Assembly (NCBI GenBank): GCA_018302225.1 | Contig: JAGVZY010000010.1 | Coordinates: forward strand, 6,645 to 70,644 | Length of the DNA: 64,000 bases | Origin: Candidatus Woesearchaeota archaeon | Lineage (GTDB): Archaea > Nanobdellota > Nanobdellia > SCGC-AAA011-G17 > JAGVZY01 | Reading direction: 5' to 3' | In this document: in pieces, positions 54,128 through 64,000 of the stretch | Numbering within the stretch: position 1 is the first letter of the stretch | Layout: each line of letters opens with the position of its first letter | The notes under the pieces: model-generated | What the model was told of the DNA's origin: nothing | Database searches by the model: none | Seen by the model: the letters and a program-made list of their open reading frames with translations, nothing else | Position numbers and translations under genes: made by a program

Positions 54128-54455
54128 CTTCTAACTCTTTAATAAATTCTTTCCTTTTAAGCCAAGCAATTTGTGTTGGTCTATACTTAAATATAATATC
54201 TCCTTTCTCATCTCCACCATATTCCCATGGCTCGACTAAAACAACATTTCCTTCTCTCACCCACAATTTTCTTTTTAATCTTCCCGGTATTCTGCATACT
54301 CTTGTTTTACCATCTAGGCATCTAACCCTTGTTCTTGAAGAACCAAGTCTACTCTCTAAGATACCTATAGTTTCGTTTCCTCTTGGAATTCTAACTCTAC
54401 TAATCTCTTCCTGTGCTTGTTGCTCTTGTTCCTCTTGTTCCTTTTTCTTAGACAT
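54111..54455 (-). CDS. eif1a: Translation initiation factor 1A (aIF1A)
   Basis: [57 protein letters not shown]. Confidence 0.92.
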   Translation of the reverse strand: MSKKKEQEEQEQQAQEEISRVRIPRGNETIGILESRLGSSRTRVRCLDGKTRVCRIPGRLKRKLWVREGNVVLVEPWEYGGDEKGDIIFKYRPTQIAWLKRKEFIKELEVEEEF

Positions 54456-54499
54456 AAACCTATTTTCAGCACATGATTTTATAAAGCTTTGCTTAGAAA

Positions 54500-55198
54500 T
54501 TACTCTTTTACTCTAAATAAGAATGTAGATCTATAACTTAACTTACCATTTCTATCTTTACCATGCAAAGTTCTAGAATTTTTAACCTCGCCTTCAAACT
54601 CTTCTTTTAATTTTCTAATCAAATTGAAAGCGTCTCTCTTTCTAACAAAATATAAATCATAACCTTCTTTCAATTCATCTTCCCTTGTAATTTTATAATC
54701 TAAAATTTTAATTTCCGCATCTACAAAATTTTTCACCGCCTTATTTTTTGGCCTTATTTGTAAAATAGCTTCGAAATAATCAGAACCTGCCCTCGCACAT
54801 AAAGGACAATTTCTATACTCCACCTCAAGAGGGAATTCAAAATCCTGAACTATTTTACTATTTCCTTTTCTTGCAGTAATATTTATAGAAATATGATTCG
54901 GTTTAATTTTAGGTAATAATTCAATTTTAGTTTTTACAATTTCAAAATCAGTTTGAGGTTTAATTTTTATTTTTTTTTCAACAACTTCTTCAAGATCCTT
55001 AAACTTCTCCCAATGATCATATTCAAAATACATCTTGCATTTCATGCAAACAATAATCTTAGCCTGTTTAAACAAACTTATAATAGAATTTTTCTCTAAA
55101 AAACACTTTTCACAAATTCCCTCAATAAAATTAATATCTTCTGCCTCAGAAATTCCACACTTAGCACAGATTTTCCTAAATTTTACATCTTTATGCAT
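54500..55198 (-). CDS. NMD3-family protein (archaeal homologue)
   Basis: N-terminal Cys clusters CAKCG...[27 protein letters not shown] motif. Confidence 0.7.
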   Translation of the reverse strand: MHKDVKFRKICAKCGISEAEDINFIEGICEKCFLEKNSIISLFKQAKIIVCMKCKMYFEYDHWEKFKDLEEVVEKKIKIKPQTDFEIVKTKIELLPKIKPNHISINITARKGNSKIVQDFEFPLEVEYRNCPLCARAGSDYFEAILQIRPKNKAVKNFVDAEIKILDYKITREDELKEGYDLYFVRKRDAFNLIRKLKEEFEGEVKNSRTLHGKDRNGKLSYRSTFLFRVKE

Positions 55199-55476
55199 AT
55201 AGCGTAAGGCACCCCTTTAATTACCATAATATTACCTTTCTCTATATAATTGTTTTTAACTGCAAAATCTACAGATTCCTTACCAACAAAATTAATATCA
55301 TCAGCACCTTCGCAAATTCTTAACATTTCTTTTTCTCCAGCTTCTTTATCCCCATAAAACCTTTTGCTAACTTCTAATCTTTTATCTGCATCTTCAAAAG
55401 TTTTACCAACTAACTCTTTATCACATAAAGCAGCAATAGTTCTTGTCGGAGTTCTATGCCTTTTTATTAATATCAT
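55183..55476 (-). CDS. DUF424-family protein
   Basis: MILIKRH....IAALCDKELVGKTFED...LEVSKRFYGDKE...INFVGKESV. Start moved to ATG 55476, which removes the overlap with the upstream gene. Confidence 0.6.
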   Translation of the reverse strand: MILIKRHRTPTRTIAALCDKELVGKTFEDADKRLEVSKRFYGDKEAGEKEMLRICEGADDINFVGKESVDFAVKNNYIEKGNIMVIKGVPYAICIKM

Positions 55477-55477
55477 C

Positions 55478-55951
55478 TTAACCAGTATATCCTGTTTCTC
55501 TTTGTTTCTCAAAATCATCCTCTGCAGACCATGCAGAAATTATTTCTTTTAAATAATTCTTTTGTTTTTGTTTTAATTCTTTCCAAGATTTCCACAGTTT
55601 GATTATAAAATTAATAGTCTCTTTCTCATCACCCATTTCAGCATAAATACCTTCATGAATGAGTTTAGATAAATCTTTATAATGCTTAAACATCTCTTTC
55701 TTGTTTTCATCTGAAATGTGCTTTGCTTCAATCATAGTATGCAAAGAACCAGAAGTCATATTTATCGCAGGTTCAATCATAGAAATATAGTTACTAACAT
55801 TTGAAAGCATAATCCTTAAAATTGTCCTTGGCAACAACACAATTCTTTCTTCTTTTAACGCACCAATTTCAAATTCATCATTAATATCTTTATATTTAGG
55901 CAAGTTAGAATACTTTTCTTTCAAAGATTTATACTCTTCTTCTATATTCAT
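55478..55951 (-). CDS. Hypothetical protein (157 aa)
   Basis: ORF tightly packed between aIF2-beta and DUF424. No family recognised. Confidence 0.45.
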   Translation of the reverse strand: MNIEEEYKSLKEKYSNLPKYKDINDEFEIGALKEERIVLLPRTILRIMLSNVSNYISMIEPAINMTSGSLHTMIEAKHISDENKKEMFKHYKDLSKLIHEGIYAEMGDEKETINFIIKLWKSWKELKQKQKNYLKEIISAWSAEDDFEKQRETGYTG

Positions 55952-55952
55952 C

Positions 55953-56372
55953 TTAAATTTTGGCTTTTATAGGTGACTTAGCACCGCAAGCAGTACAAAT
56001 TAAAAACTGAACCCCATTTTCAGATTCTATCTTAGTATCAGGTTTCTTACAAACATGACATAAAACAAATAAATCTGCATAATCTTGTAATTTTTGATTT
56101 ATCATACTTGAACTCAATTTCCTTGTAAATACCACTCTTTGCCCATCTATAACTGATGGCGCAGCTAACTCTCTTTGTAAATATTTCATTAAATGTTTTG
56201 AATCAACATTCAACGCTTTTGCAATCTGAAAAAAATTACTTACTATGGTTTTATTACCTTCCACATGCCCAGTAACTTTGGGCATCTCAAATCTACTTTT
56301 AGTTTTTACAGATGCAGGTAATTGTTCTAAACCTTCACTTAACATAGATTCATAATCATCAGATTTTTTCAT
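55953..56372 (-). CDS. eif2b: Translation initiation factor 2 subunit beta (aIF2-beta)
   Basis: YESMLSEGLEQLP..., KTIVSNFFQIAKALN, C-terminal zinc ribbon CHVCKKPDT...CTACG. Confidence 0.92.
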   Translation of the reverse strand: MKKSDDYESMLSEGLEQLPASVKTKSRFEMPKVTGHVEGNKTIVSNFFQIAKALNVDSKHLMKYLQRELAAPSVIDGQRVVFTRKLSSSMINQKLQDYADLFVLCHVCKKPDTKIESENGVQFLICTACGAKSPIKAKI

Positions 56373-57061
56373 AATACTTTCAATCTCCCTGGTTTAATTT
56401 CGAATATTTCTCCTTCTTTTAATAATTCCTGAATTAAAGCATCAGCATTATTTCCAAAGTGTTTCACAACTATCTCAGTTGGTGCACCTTCTCCTTTATC
56501 TAAGTTGTTAATTATATTAACCATTTTTTGTCTTTCTGAAACTTCTTGAACATTCATATCCTGAATAATCTCTTCTTCAAAAGATTTTGGAGCTTGGTTT
56601 ATTTTAACTTCTTCTTCCACAGGTTTCACTTCTTTACTAATTGCTTCTAATTCTAATTTTCTTAGTTTGGCCCATTCAGGTTCTAACTTTCTTGCAATTT
56701 CTACAATTAAAACTGTTTGATTATTGTTTACTCTTGGTCTTCCTACAATTAAAATCAAATCTCCGGGATTTTTATCTTTTAATATGTGAACATTTTCTGC
56801 AAAAACAGTTGCATTGATATTACCTGTACTATCATCTATAGTCAAAGAACAGAAATTTTCACCTTCTCTCTTATCAGTTACAGTTGCTATTATATTTGCC
56901 CTAGATATTTTTCTTCTATTTTTAGTTAAAATATAGTTAGGATTCCACCCTTCTTGAACAAAATACTGTCCTTCAAGCAAGTCTTTAATACTTACTTTGT
57001 AAGCAACTTGTCTACCTTGTCCGGTTTGTCCATTTTCCTGAAAACCTTGCATTTCTGCCAT
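56369..57061 (-). CDS. OB-fold plus C-terminal winged-helix protein (RPA2/RPA32-like)
   Basis: OB pattern ANIIATVTDK....SLTIDDSTGNINATVF...ILIVGRPRV. C-terminal ALIQELLKEGEIFEIKPGRLKVL. Immediately downstream of mcm. Confidence 0.55.
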   Translation of the reverse strand: MAEMQGFQENGQTGQGRQVAYKVSIKDLLEGQYFVQEGWNPNYILTKNRRKISRANIIATVTDKREGENFCSLTIDDSTGNINATVFAENVHILKDKNPGDLILIVGRPRVNNNQTVLIVEIARKLEPEWAKLRKLELEAISKEVKPVEEEVKINQAPKSFEEEIIQDMNVQEVSERQKMVNIINNLDKGEGAPTEIVVKHFGNNADALIQELLKEGEIFEIKPGRLKVL

Positions 57062-57112
57062 TTTAACCCTAAAAACCCCTTAAAGATTTATATATCTTTG
57101 GAAATTTAACCT

Positions 57113-59128
57113 CTATATCTTAGCCAAGAAACCTTTCTTTGGCTCATAAAGATCACCCGATCTTTTCAGTTTTTCAATAGCCTCTTCTATTTTATCTGCA
57201 GTCAGTCCTCTTTCAGCAGCTTCAGACATTACATCTTCTATTGGAATTGTTTTTCCATATTTTGATTCTAAATCATTAATAATCTCTCTTACAGAAATTA
57301 TTTTTCCTCTCTGAGAACTACTCATTCCAGTTGAAATTCTATCAATATCAATTTGTCCAGTTTCTGGATCAACACCAACTTGTAACAAACAATGTTTTAG
57401 TAATTCAACTGCTCTCTTTGCATCTGCTCTTGTCACACTATCAGATAACCTTATTCTTGCAGCAGCTTCAGCCATTCTTACTAAAGATTCTAATTGTCTT
57501 GCTGAAATTGGAATTGGCTTTATATCTCTTTCGCTTGAACTTCCAGAATTTCTTAAGGCAACATAAAAAGATTTTATTTCATCAATCGCACCATCACTTA
57601 ATCTTGGATTAATATGTTGTTTAGTATAAGCAATATATTTTCTTAAAGTTTGCGTATCCACAGTTATATTCATAGTTGTAGCATCTTGATGAATATTTAA
57701 AACATGTTGTGCAATTCTTTCATCAACTTCTTTATTAGGTAAATCTCTTATTGGAAAAATTAAATCAAATCTATTAATTAATGCAGGAGGTAAACTAATC
57801 TGAGAAGCAATTGGTGCAAAAGGATCGAATCTTCCTAACTTAGGATTTGCAGCTGCTAAAACAGTGGTTTCTGCTCTTAATGTAGCTTGAATATTTGCTT
57901 TAGATATACTAATTTGTTGCTGAGCCATAGCTTCATGCAAAGCAGAAGTATCTTCATCGCTCATCTTATCCATTTCATCTAAACATAATATACCTTTATT
58001 TGCTAATACCATAGCACCTGCTTCCAAAGCCCATCCCCTCATAAATTCATCTTTCACAACACTAGCAGTTATACCTGCACCAGATGCAGATCTTCCAGCA
58101 ATATATCTTGCTTTGGGTGCAGCCTTAGCAACAAAAGTTAACATAGAAGATTTTGCTGCTCCTGGATCTCCGACTAATAAAATATGAATATCTCCCCTTA
58201 CTGAAGTTCTATCGGGTCTTGTTTTTTTCACACCACCAAACAATAATAAAGTAATTGCTTCTTTCACTTTTTCATGTCCATAAATAGAAGGAGCTATAGC
58301 ACCAACTAAATTTTCTATTACTTTAGGATCAGCCGCCATTTCTTTTATTCTAACTATATCTTCAGGAGACAAATTAACTTCTGAAAAATCTTCGTGTATT
58401 GGTTCAATAAAATTAGCATCCATTGCTAAATCATATCTTGTTGATTGTGCACCGGTAGATAATATTATAGGAACTTCTTTTACAACACCCATAACAAGTA
58501 TTTTTGAACCGGGAGTTGTCTTCTTTTCCATCTTAGGTTCAACTAAATCTTCTTTTAAGAAAACAGAAAGTCTTTTTGGTTGTTCTCCACCTTCTAAATT
58601 TTCTGGAGCTTCTTCAACAACTAATCTCTGAGCATCAACTAAATCCTTAGACAATAATTTAAATTTTCCTTTTCTTCCACATGAACATCTAAATGGTTCT
58701 TTAAATCTTGAATCCAATTGTAAAACTGAAATTGTATTTCCACATGAAGGACATTCAAATTTTGCAGTAACTACTTGAGGTCTAACATCAGACGCTTGTC
58801 TTACTATACCTTCTATAGAAATAAATTTGGAAAGATGTTTTGATCTTATATCTCTTACAGCCACATATTGTGACTCAGGTAAATTCTTAAATCTTGCTCT
58901 AATATTAGATTTTACAAAATCAAACTGACTTATTGCAATTTCAGCAGCTTGTATCAAATCTTCAGGACTATTTAATAATGCTTCAGCTAATTCAACATCA
59001 TATCTCATCAACTCTTGAAAATCTAAATTTAAACACCTATGGCCTTTTTCAACAGCTTCAGCTAAATCTTTAGAATAAGTAGATTCTACAAACCCTTGAA
59101 ACTTTTCTATTTGTTCTGATGACTCCAT
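57113..59128 (-). CDS. mcm: MCM replicative helicase
   Basis: Zinc motif CPSCG...CSCG, Walker A GDPGAAKSS, Walker B CLDEMDKM, arginine finger SRFDLIF-like NRFDLIF. Confidence 0.95.
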   Translation of the reverse strand: MESSEQIEKFQGFVESTYSKDLAEAVEKGHRCLNLDFQELMRYDVELAEALLNSPEDLIQAAEIAISQFDFVKSNIRARFKNLPESQYVAVRDIRSKHLSKFISIEGIVRQASDVRPQVVTAKFECPSCGNTISVLQLDSRFKEPFRCSCGRKGKFKLLSKDLVDAQRLVVEEAPENLEGGEQPKRLSVFLKEDLVEPKMEKKTTPGSKILVMGVVKEVPIILSTGAQSTRYDLAMDANFIEPIHEDFSEVNLSPEDIVRIKEMAADPKVIENLVGAIAPSIYGHEKVKEAITLLLFGGVKKTRPDRTSVRGDIHILLVGDPGAAKSSMLTFVAKAAPKARYIAGRSASGAGITASVVKDEFMRGWALEAGAMVLANKGILCLDEMDKMSDEDTSALHEAMAQQQISISKANIQATLRAETTVLAAANPKLGRFDPFAPIASQISLPPALINRFDLIFPIRDLPNKEVDERIAQHVLNIHQDATTMNITVDTQTLRKYIAYTKQHINPRLSDGAIDEIKSFYVALRNSGSSSERDIKPIPISARQLESLVRMAEAAARIRLSDSVTRADAKRAVELLKHCLLQVGVDPETGQIDIDRISTGMSSSQRGKIISVREIINDLESKYGKTIPIEDVMSEAAERGLTADKIEEAIEKLKRSGDLYEPKKGFLAKI

Positions 59129-59191
59129 TTAACCCCCCTCTTCTAAATATACAAAAAACTACAACCTAAAAAAAGAAAAAAGTTTAAGAAT

Positions 59192-59737
59192 TTAAGCTTT
59201 ACCTATTTGCTTTAAATTCTCAATCAGTTTGTCTACCGCTTCGTTTAACTTAGCTTCTGACCTTGTTCCTGTGCAAACTATTTTTCCATTACTAAATAAT
59301 AAAAAAGTAGCTCTTGTTCCAGGTAATTTATAAACTAACCCTGGAAACTGCTCTGGTTCATACTCTGTATTCTCTAACTCCATAGCTAAAGAGTTTAAAT
59401 TTAAATCAATACCAATATCTCCAGAAGCAACCATATTTTGAATTTTTATAACCGGTTCTATCTTTATTTTTATATTAATTTTAGCTAAATTCTTTATAAT
59501 AGCATCAACTGATTCTTTAACCTTTTTCATAGATTTTGCACCAGTTGAAACAATATTACCTGAACTAAAGATTAATGCACTTGTCTTAGGCTCTCTTATT
59601 CTCATAACTAATCCTGGGAATTGTTCAGGATTATACTCTGTATTTGGTAATGCCTCGGCAAGTTTTATTAAAGGTACATCATGCTCTAATGAAGCAGAAG
59701 CAACAATATTCTGAATTTTAATCTCCTTTTTAACCAT
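59192..59737 (-). CDS. tbp: TATA-box binding protein
   Basis: Two direct repeats IQNIVASA...EYNPEQFPGLVMRI and IQNMVASG...EYEPEQFPGLVYKL. Confidence 0.95.
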   Translation of the reverse strand: MVKKEIKIQNIVASASLEHDVPLIKLAEALPNTEYNPEQFPGLVMRIREPKTSALIFSSGNIVSTGAKSMKKVKESVDAIIKNLAKINIKIKIEPVIKIQNMVASGDIGIDLNLNSLAMELENTEYEPEQFPGLVYKLPGTRATFLLFSNGKIVCTGTRSEAKLNEAVDKLIENLKQIGKA

Positions 59738-59909
59738 TTTTTAACCCCCAATTATTCTTTTCATTTATAAAGGGGGTAAAATATTTAAAGACTATGATTG
59801 TGGTTTATACAGCTTTAAAACCCCATAAAATGACCCCTATTTAAGCAAAATCGAAAATATACACTCTAAACCCTATATATTTTTATATCTTCTATCATAA
59901 AAAATAGCT

Positions 59910-60860
59910 ATGATTTCTAGTATATGGACTGAAAAGTATAGGCCAAAAGACTTCAATGAAATCGCAGGCCAAGAAAAAATAGTTGAACGTGTCAAAGCAT
60001 TTGTTGAACAAAAAAACATGCCCCATATGTTATTTGCAGGTCCAGCAGGCATAGGTAAAACAACTTTATCTTTAGTTATTGCAAGAAAATTATTTGGTGA
60101 GGCTTGGAATCACAATTTCTTAGAATTAAATGCTTCAGATGATCGTGGAATCGATACTGTAAGAGTAAAAGTAAAAGATTTTGCAAGAACAAAAGCAATT
60201 GGAGATGTTCCCTTCAAAATTATTTATCTTGACGAATGTGATAGTCTAACAAAAGAAGCACAACAAGCACTAAGAAGGACAATGGAATCTTATACTGCAA
60301 CATGTAGATTTATCTTAAGTTGTAATTATTCAAGTAAAATTATAGAGCCAATCCAATCAAGATGCACAATTTTTAGATTTAAACCCTTAGATAAAAATGC
60401 TATATTAAAAATTATAAATCATATTGCTCATAAAGAAGAAATGCACATTACTGAAGATGCAAAAAATACCTTAATAGAAATTTCTGGCGGTGATGCAAGA
60501 AGATTAGAAAATATTTTGCAAAGTTGTGCAGCAATGAATAAAGATATTGATGAAACGGCAATTTATGAAATAGTAAGTATTGCTCGCCCAAAAGAAATTC
60601 TTGCAGTTTTAGAAAAAGCAATTTCAAATGATTTTATTGGTGCAAGAAATTTATTATTAGATGTCATGCTGAATCATGGTCTAAGTGGTGTAGATGTTAT
60701 TAAACAAATACAACAAGAAATTCTAAACCTTAATATTACTAATGAGCATAAAATGAAATTAATTGATAAATGTGGAGATATAGAATTCAGGCTTGTAGAA
60801 GGTTCAGACGAGTTTTTACAACTAGAATCCTTATTAGCTAATTTTACTCAAACTAAATAA
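59910..60860 (+). CDS. rfcS: Replication factor C small subunit
   Basis: WTEKYRPKDFNEI, GPAGIGKTT, LDECDSLT, SRC motif QSRCTIFRF. Confidence 0.95.
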   Translation: MISSIWTEKYRPKDFNEIAGQEKIVERVKAFVEQKNMPHMLFAGPAGIGKTTLSLVIARKLFGEAWNHNFLELNASDDRGIDTVRVKVKDFARTKAIGDVPFKIIYLDECDSLTKEAQQALRRTMESYTATCRFILSCNYSSKIIEPIQSRCTIFRFKPLDKNAILKIINHIAHKEEMHITEDAKNTLIEISGGDARRLENILQSCAAMNKDIDETAIYEIVSIARPKEILAVLEKAISNDFIGARNLLLDVMLNHGLSGVDVIKQIQQEILNLNITNEHKMKLIDKCGDIEFRLVEGSDEFLQLESLLANFTQTK

Positions 60861-60861
60861 A

Positions 60862-62055
60862 ATGTTAAAAAAAACATTACATGGAAAATATACACCTGCA
60901 TCTTCTAAAGAATTAATAAGCCAAAAATCACAATTTGAAAATCTTAAAAAATTTATTTCAAATTATAAATATGAACCTAAAAAAATTATCCTTCTTGCAG
61001 GCCCAACAGGCTCTGGAAAAACTTTATTAGTATACTTACTTGCAAAAGAACTAAACTTAGAATTAGTTGAATTAAATTCTTCTGATTTTAGAAGTAAAGA
61101 AGATATTAAGAATGTAATTGGGAACGCAATTACACAACAAAGTCTATTTTTCACAGGAAAAATAATCTTCTTAGACGATTTAGATACAATTTCAGGATTG
61201 CAAGATAGAGGATGTATTACTGAATTAATTAATATCTCAAAAAAATCAACTTTCCCAATTATTTGTACAATCACAGATACAGAAGAAAAGAAAATAAAAG
61301 ATTTAAAGAAAAGTAGTATCACTTTAGAACTAGAAAAATTAAAACATGAAGATATTTTAAAATTCTTAAAACAAATAGCTGAAAAAGAATCTTTCAGCTA
61401 CGAAGAAAATGCTCTAAGCATGCTTGCAAGAAGTTTTGGCTCAGACTTAAGAGCTTTATTAAATGATTTACAAGTTTTAAGTTTAAATAAAATTACCCTA
61501 GATGAATTAAACTCCTTAGGTGAAAGAGACTTATCAAATAGTGTTAAAGATTTATTAAAAGTTATTTTCAAAAGCAAAGATATAGCAATTATCTCAAGAT
61601 TAACAGATAATTTAGATGTAGATTTTGATGAGTGTATGCTTTGGATAGATGAATCTTTACCTTATGAATATTCAGGAGAATCACTAAAAAAAGCCTATGA
61701 TTCGTTAAGTAAAGCAGATGTCTTTAAAGGAAGAATCTCAAGATGGCAACACTGGAGATTTATGATTTATCAAATTCTTTTAATGAGCTCAGGAGTTGCA
61801 GTTTCTAAAAATAAAAAATCTGAAAGGATTGTTATGTATCAAAGACCAACAAGAATTTTAAAAATGTGGATTGCAAAACAAAGGTATGCAAAAAAACGTG
61901 CAATCGCTCAAAAACTTGCAAAAGCCCTTCATCTTTCAACAAGTAAATCCCTAACAGAAATGATGCCTTATTTAAAATTCTATTCAACAGAAGTCACAGC
62001 ACAAGAACTAGAACTTGAACCCGAAGAAAAAGAATGGTTGCTTAAAGAATATTAG
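60862..62055 (+). CDS. rfcL: Replication factor C large subunit
   Basis: LAGPTGSGKTLL, LNSSDFRSKEDI, IFLDDLD. Adjacent to rfcS. Confidence 0.85.
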   Translation: MLKKTLHGKYTPASSKELISQKSQFENLKKFISNYKYEPKKIILLAGPTGSGKTLLVYLLAKELNLELVELNSSDFRSKEDIKNVIGNAITQQSLFFTGKIIFLDDLDTISGLQDRGCITELINISKKSTFPIICTITDTEEKKIKDLKKSSITLELEKLKHEDILKFLKQIAEKESFSYEENALSMLARSFGSDLRALLNDLQVLSLNKITLDELNSLGERDLSNSVKDLLKVIFKSKDIAIISRLTDNLDVDFDECMLWIDESLPYEYSGESLKKAYDSLSKADVFKGRISRWQHWRFMIYQILLMSSGVAVSKNKKSERIVMYQRPTRILKMWIAKQRYAKKRAIAQKLAKALHLSTSKSLTEMMPYLKFYSTEVTAQELELEPEEKEWLLKEY

Positions 62056-62381
62056 TTCTTTTTAACTTTCTTAACAAATTCAACAATGCCGCAAGAAATT
62101 AAATACGAAATTATCAAAACACTAAGCATATAGACAAATAGGGTGCTATCTTCCACCCCAAAACTTTCAGCACAATAAGTAAAAGTTGAAGCTACAAATG
62201 CATAAGCTATCGGAGAAATTAAAGAGCAGTCACATCTAATCTCAATTGGAGCATTGCAACATCTTGGCATTAAGCTCTGCGCAGTTTCAGGAAATAAGGG
62301 AATTAAAGTTACTAAAAGCAATATAATTAAAATTAAAACAATTTTCCACAAATTAGGTTTTAAAAATTGTTTTAAATTCAT
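62052..62381 (-). CDS. Hypothetical membrane protein (109 aa, Cys-containing)
   Basis: Two or three hydrophobic spans. 4-nt overlaps with neighbours suggest it is real. Confidence 0.4.
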   Translation of the reverse strand: MNLKQFLKPNLWKIVLILIILLLVTLIPLFPETAQSLMPRCCNAPIEIRCDCSLISPIAYAFVASTFTYCAESFGVEDSTLFVYMLSVLIISYLISCGIVEFVKKVKKN

Positions 62382-63214
62382 ATTTTCATCTCGTTCAATC
62401 TTTTTACTCTTTCATCCAAAGGTGGATGTGTAGAAAGTAAAGTAAAAAAGCCTTTAGCAGTAAAGGGATTTACAATAAACATATGCGCAGTTGCAGTATT
62501 CTTATTTTTTATAGGATGAACTTCAACTGCATCTGTTAACTTTTTCAAAGCACTTGCCAAAGCCTTAGGATTTTTAATATTTCTAGCTCCAGTTTCATCA
62601 GCCAAATACTCTCTTGAACGTGAAATTGCTAATTGAATAAACATTGCAATTATTGGTGCAACAATAGCCATAATAATCATACCCATAATATTATTATCTC
62701 TATCTCTTCCACCCATACCAAAAATTGCAGCATATCTTGCCATCATCGCAGCATATGAAATCACACCGGCAATAGTTGCTGCAATAGTAGAAATTAAAAT
62801 GTCTCTATTTTTAACATGAGCCATTTCATGTGCAATTACTCCTTTTAATTCCTCATCACTCAAAAAATCTAAAATTCCTTTAGTAAATGCAATTGAAGCA
62901 TGTTTTGGATCTCTCCCAGTTGCAAAAGCATTTGCATACTGTTGATTAATCATAAATATTCTAGGAATAGGAACTCCAGTATCTTTAGCAACTTCTTTAA
63001 CTAATTCGTAAATTTTGCCTTTCTTTTCAATTTCCTTTGCACCATACATAAACAAAACAATTTTATCAGAAAACCAATAAGTTACAAAATTCATCAAACA
63101 AACAAATATAATTGCAATTGTCAATCCCGTTTTTCCAAAGAAACTTCCAACTAACAATAACAAACCAGTTAATATTCCTAAAAATAACACAGTTTTTAAT
63201 TGATTTTTTATCAT
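62378..63214 (-). CDS. htpX: HtpX-family M48 zinc metalloprotease
   Basis: HEMAHVKNRD (HExxH), four TM segments, downstream EYLAD. Confidence 0.9.
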   Translation of the reverse strand: MIKNQLKTVLFLGILTGLLLLVGSFFGKTGLTIAIIFVCLMNFVTYWFSDKIVLFMYGAKEIEKKGKIYELVKEVAKDTGVPIPRIFMINQQYANAFATGRDPKHASIAFTKGILDFLSDEELKGVIAHEMAHVKNRDILISTIAATIAGVISYAAMMARYAAIFGMGGRDRDNNIMGMIIMAIVAPIIAMFIQLAISRSREYLADETGARNIKNPKALASALKKLTDAVEVHPIKNKNTATAHMFIVNPFTAKGFFTLLSTHPPLDERVKRLNEMKI

Positions 63215-63299
63215 AATCTAATTAAGAGAGTTAAGTTTAAAACATTTTCTATTAAAAAAATAAAAAAATAAGAAGTTTAATTAAATCTTTTCACAATTC

Positions 63300-63614
63300 T
63301 TAAGCTGCTTCGTCGTCGTATTGTTGTTCTTCGTCTTCGCCGAAATCTTCGCTTTCTTCTTCGTTCTTAGATTCTTTTTTAAAGCTTTTTCCGCCACCAG
63401 TTTTGTTTGCAGCACTACCCATCATTTTGATGGTTACATTTTTAGCTTGTTTACCTTTATCAGTTTCAACTGACTCAAATGAGACCACATCATTTTCTCT
63501 CAAAAATGATCCTTTCGGTAGAGAAGTATAGTGTACGAAATAATCTTCTCCATCTTCACTAGCTATAAAACCATAGCCTTTCTTTCTATCAAACCATTTT
63601 ACTGTTCCTTCCAT
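63300..63614 (-). CDS. csp: Cold-shock-domain protein with acidic C-terminal tail
   Basis: GTVKWFDRKKGYGFI (RNP1) and DYFVHYTSL (RNP2). Tail ...EEESEDFGEDEEQQYDDEAA. Confidence 0.9.
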   Translation of the reverse strand: MEGTVKWFDRKKGYGFIASEDGEDYFVHYTSLPKGSFLRENDVVSFESVETDKGKQAKNVTIKMMGSAANKTGGGKSFKKESKNEEESEDFGEDEEQQYDDEAA

Positions 63615-63727
63615 TTTTAATCTTCCTCCAAATTTTACTTTAAAACAATATCAAAGCAGTTTTTGAACAATATATCTTATCAGAAAATCATGCTCATATA
63701 TCTTACTTTCATATTATTTTATGGATT

Positions 63728-63976
63728 TTAATTACCCTTTCTTTTTAAAACTTTGGGTTTTTTTGCCTTCCTCTGTCTCAAAAATAATATTAAATTCCAT
63801 ATAATTGCTATTAAAATAACCAAAAACACTAAAATAACCCCCTTATTCAAGGTATAAGCACTAATTAAATCACCCCTTAACAGATGAGCAATACCTCTTG
63901 TTAACCCACATGAAGGACATGCACACCCAGAAAATAAACCACTGGTAGGACAATTCCCTCTATAGATTAGCTCCAA
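63728..63976 (-). CDS. DUF2752-like small membrane protein
   Basis: CPSCGLTRGIAHLLRGD motif followed by a TM segment. Confidence 0.6.
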   Translation of the reverse strand: MELIYRGNCPTSGLFSGCACPSCGLTRGIAHLLRGDLISAYTLNKGVILVFLVILIAIIWNLILFLRQRKAKKPKVLKRKGN

Positions 63977-64000
63977 AATCCTACTAAAAACACATAATCT

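Noticed and set aside
55477-55518. 14-codon N-terminal extension of the DUF424 ORF overlapping the upstream gene.
   Set aside because: The family-like sequence starts at MILIKRH. ATG 55476 directly abuts the upstream stop codon.
59738-59909. Replication origin between divergent tbp and rfcS, near mcm.
   Set aside because: I could find no repeated ORB/mini-ORB-like elements and no orc1/cdc6 gene nearby, only promoter-like TATA boxes and one weak ccccc/ggggg inverted pair.

Overview
Strongly AT-rich archaeal chromosome fragment, most consistent with a reduced DPANN/Nanoarchaeota-type genome. Supporting markers: eukaryote/archaea-specific r-proteins, TBP, MCM, RFC and Topo VI; a primase that looks like a PriS-PriL(CTD) fusion; adk and cmk missing from the SecY cluster. 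Layout: 1-11300 holds the spc-like ribosomal protein cluster (L24 to L15), SecY, a DUF106 insertase, L34e, L14e, aIF6, prefoldin alpha and the primase. 11300-31200 holds tRNA-Arg(intron)/tRNA-Cys followed by a T7-lysozyme-like amidase, bacterial-type LeuRS and AlaRS, an ABC-2 exporter, several large secreted/surface proteins, and an operon with an orphan AmmeMemoRadiSam radical SAM enzyme and an Rmt/ArmA-like methyltransferase. 31220-41480 is the accessory region. Starting at tRNA-Gln, ten small cassettes follow one another: VapBC x2, MazEF, HEPN-MNT x2, RelE-antitoxin, three unrelated unknown ORFs and one membrane protein. They are separated by a mosaic of recurring junction modules that all contain a CTGAC core. 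The region also has an 86-bp direct repeat duplicating the tRNA 3' end, a three-copy hairpin element, a mazF gene scar, and an IS200/IS605 insertion whose empty site is present in a paralogous repeat. 41500-64000 is mostly informational/housekeeping: KsgA, rhomboid, MetRS, tRNA-Gly/Ile/Asn, Topo VI A/B, aIF1A, NMD3, aIF2-beta, an RPA2-like OB protein, MCM, TBP, RFC small/large, HtpX and Csp. I saw no rRNA genes, CRISPR arrays, cas genes or recombinase/integrase genes. All calls rest on reading the ORF translations and the DNA by eye; no database search was possible.
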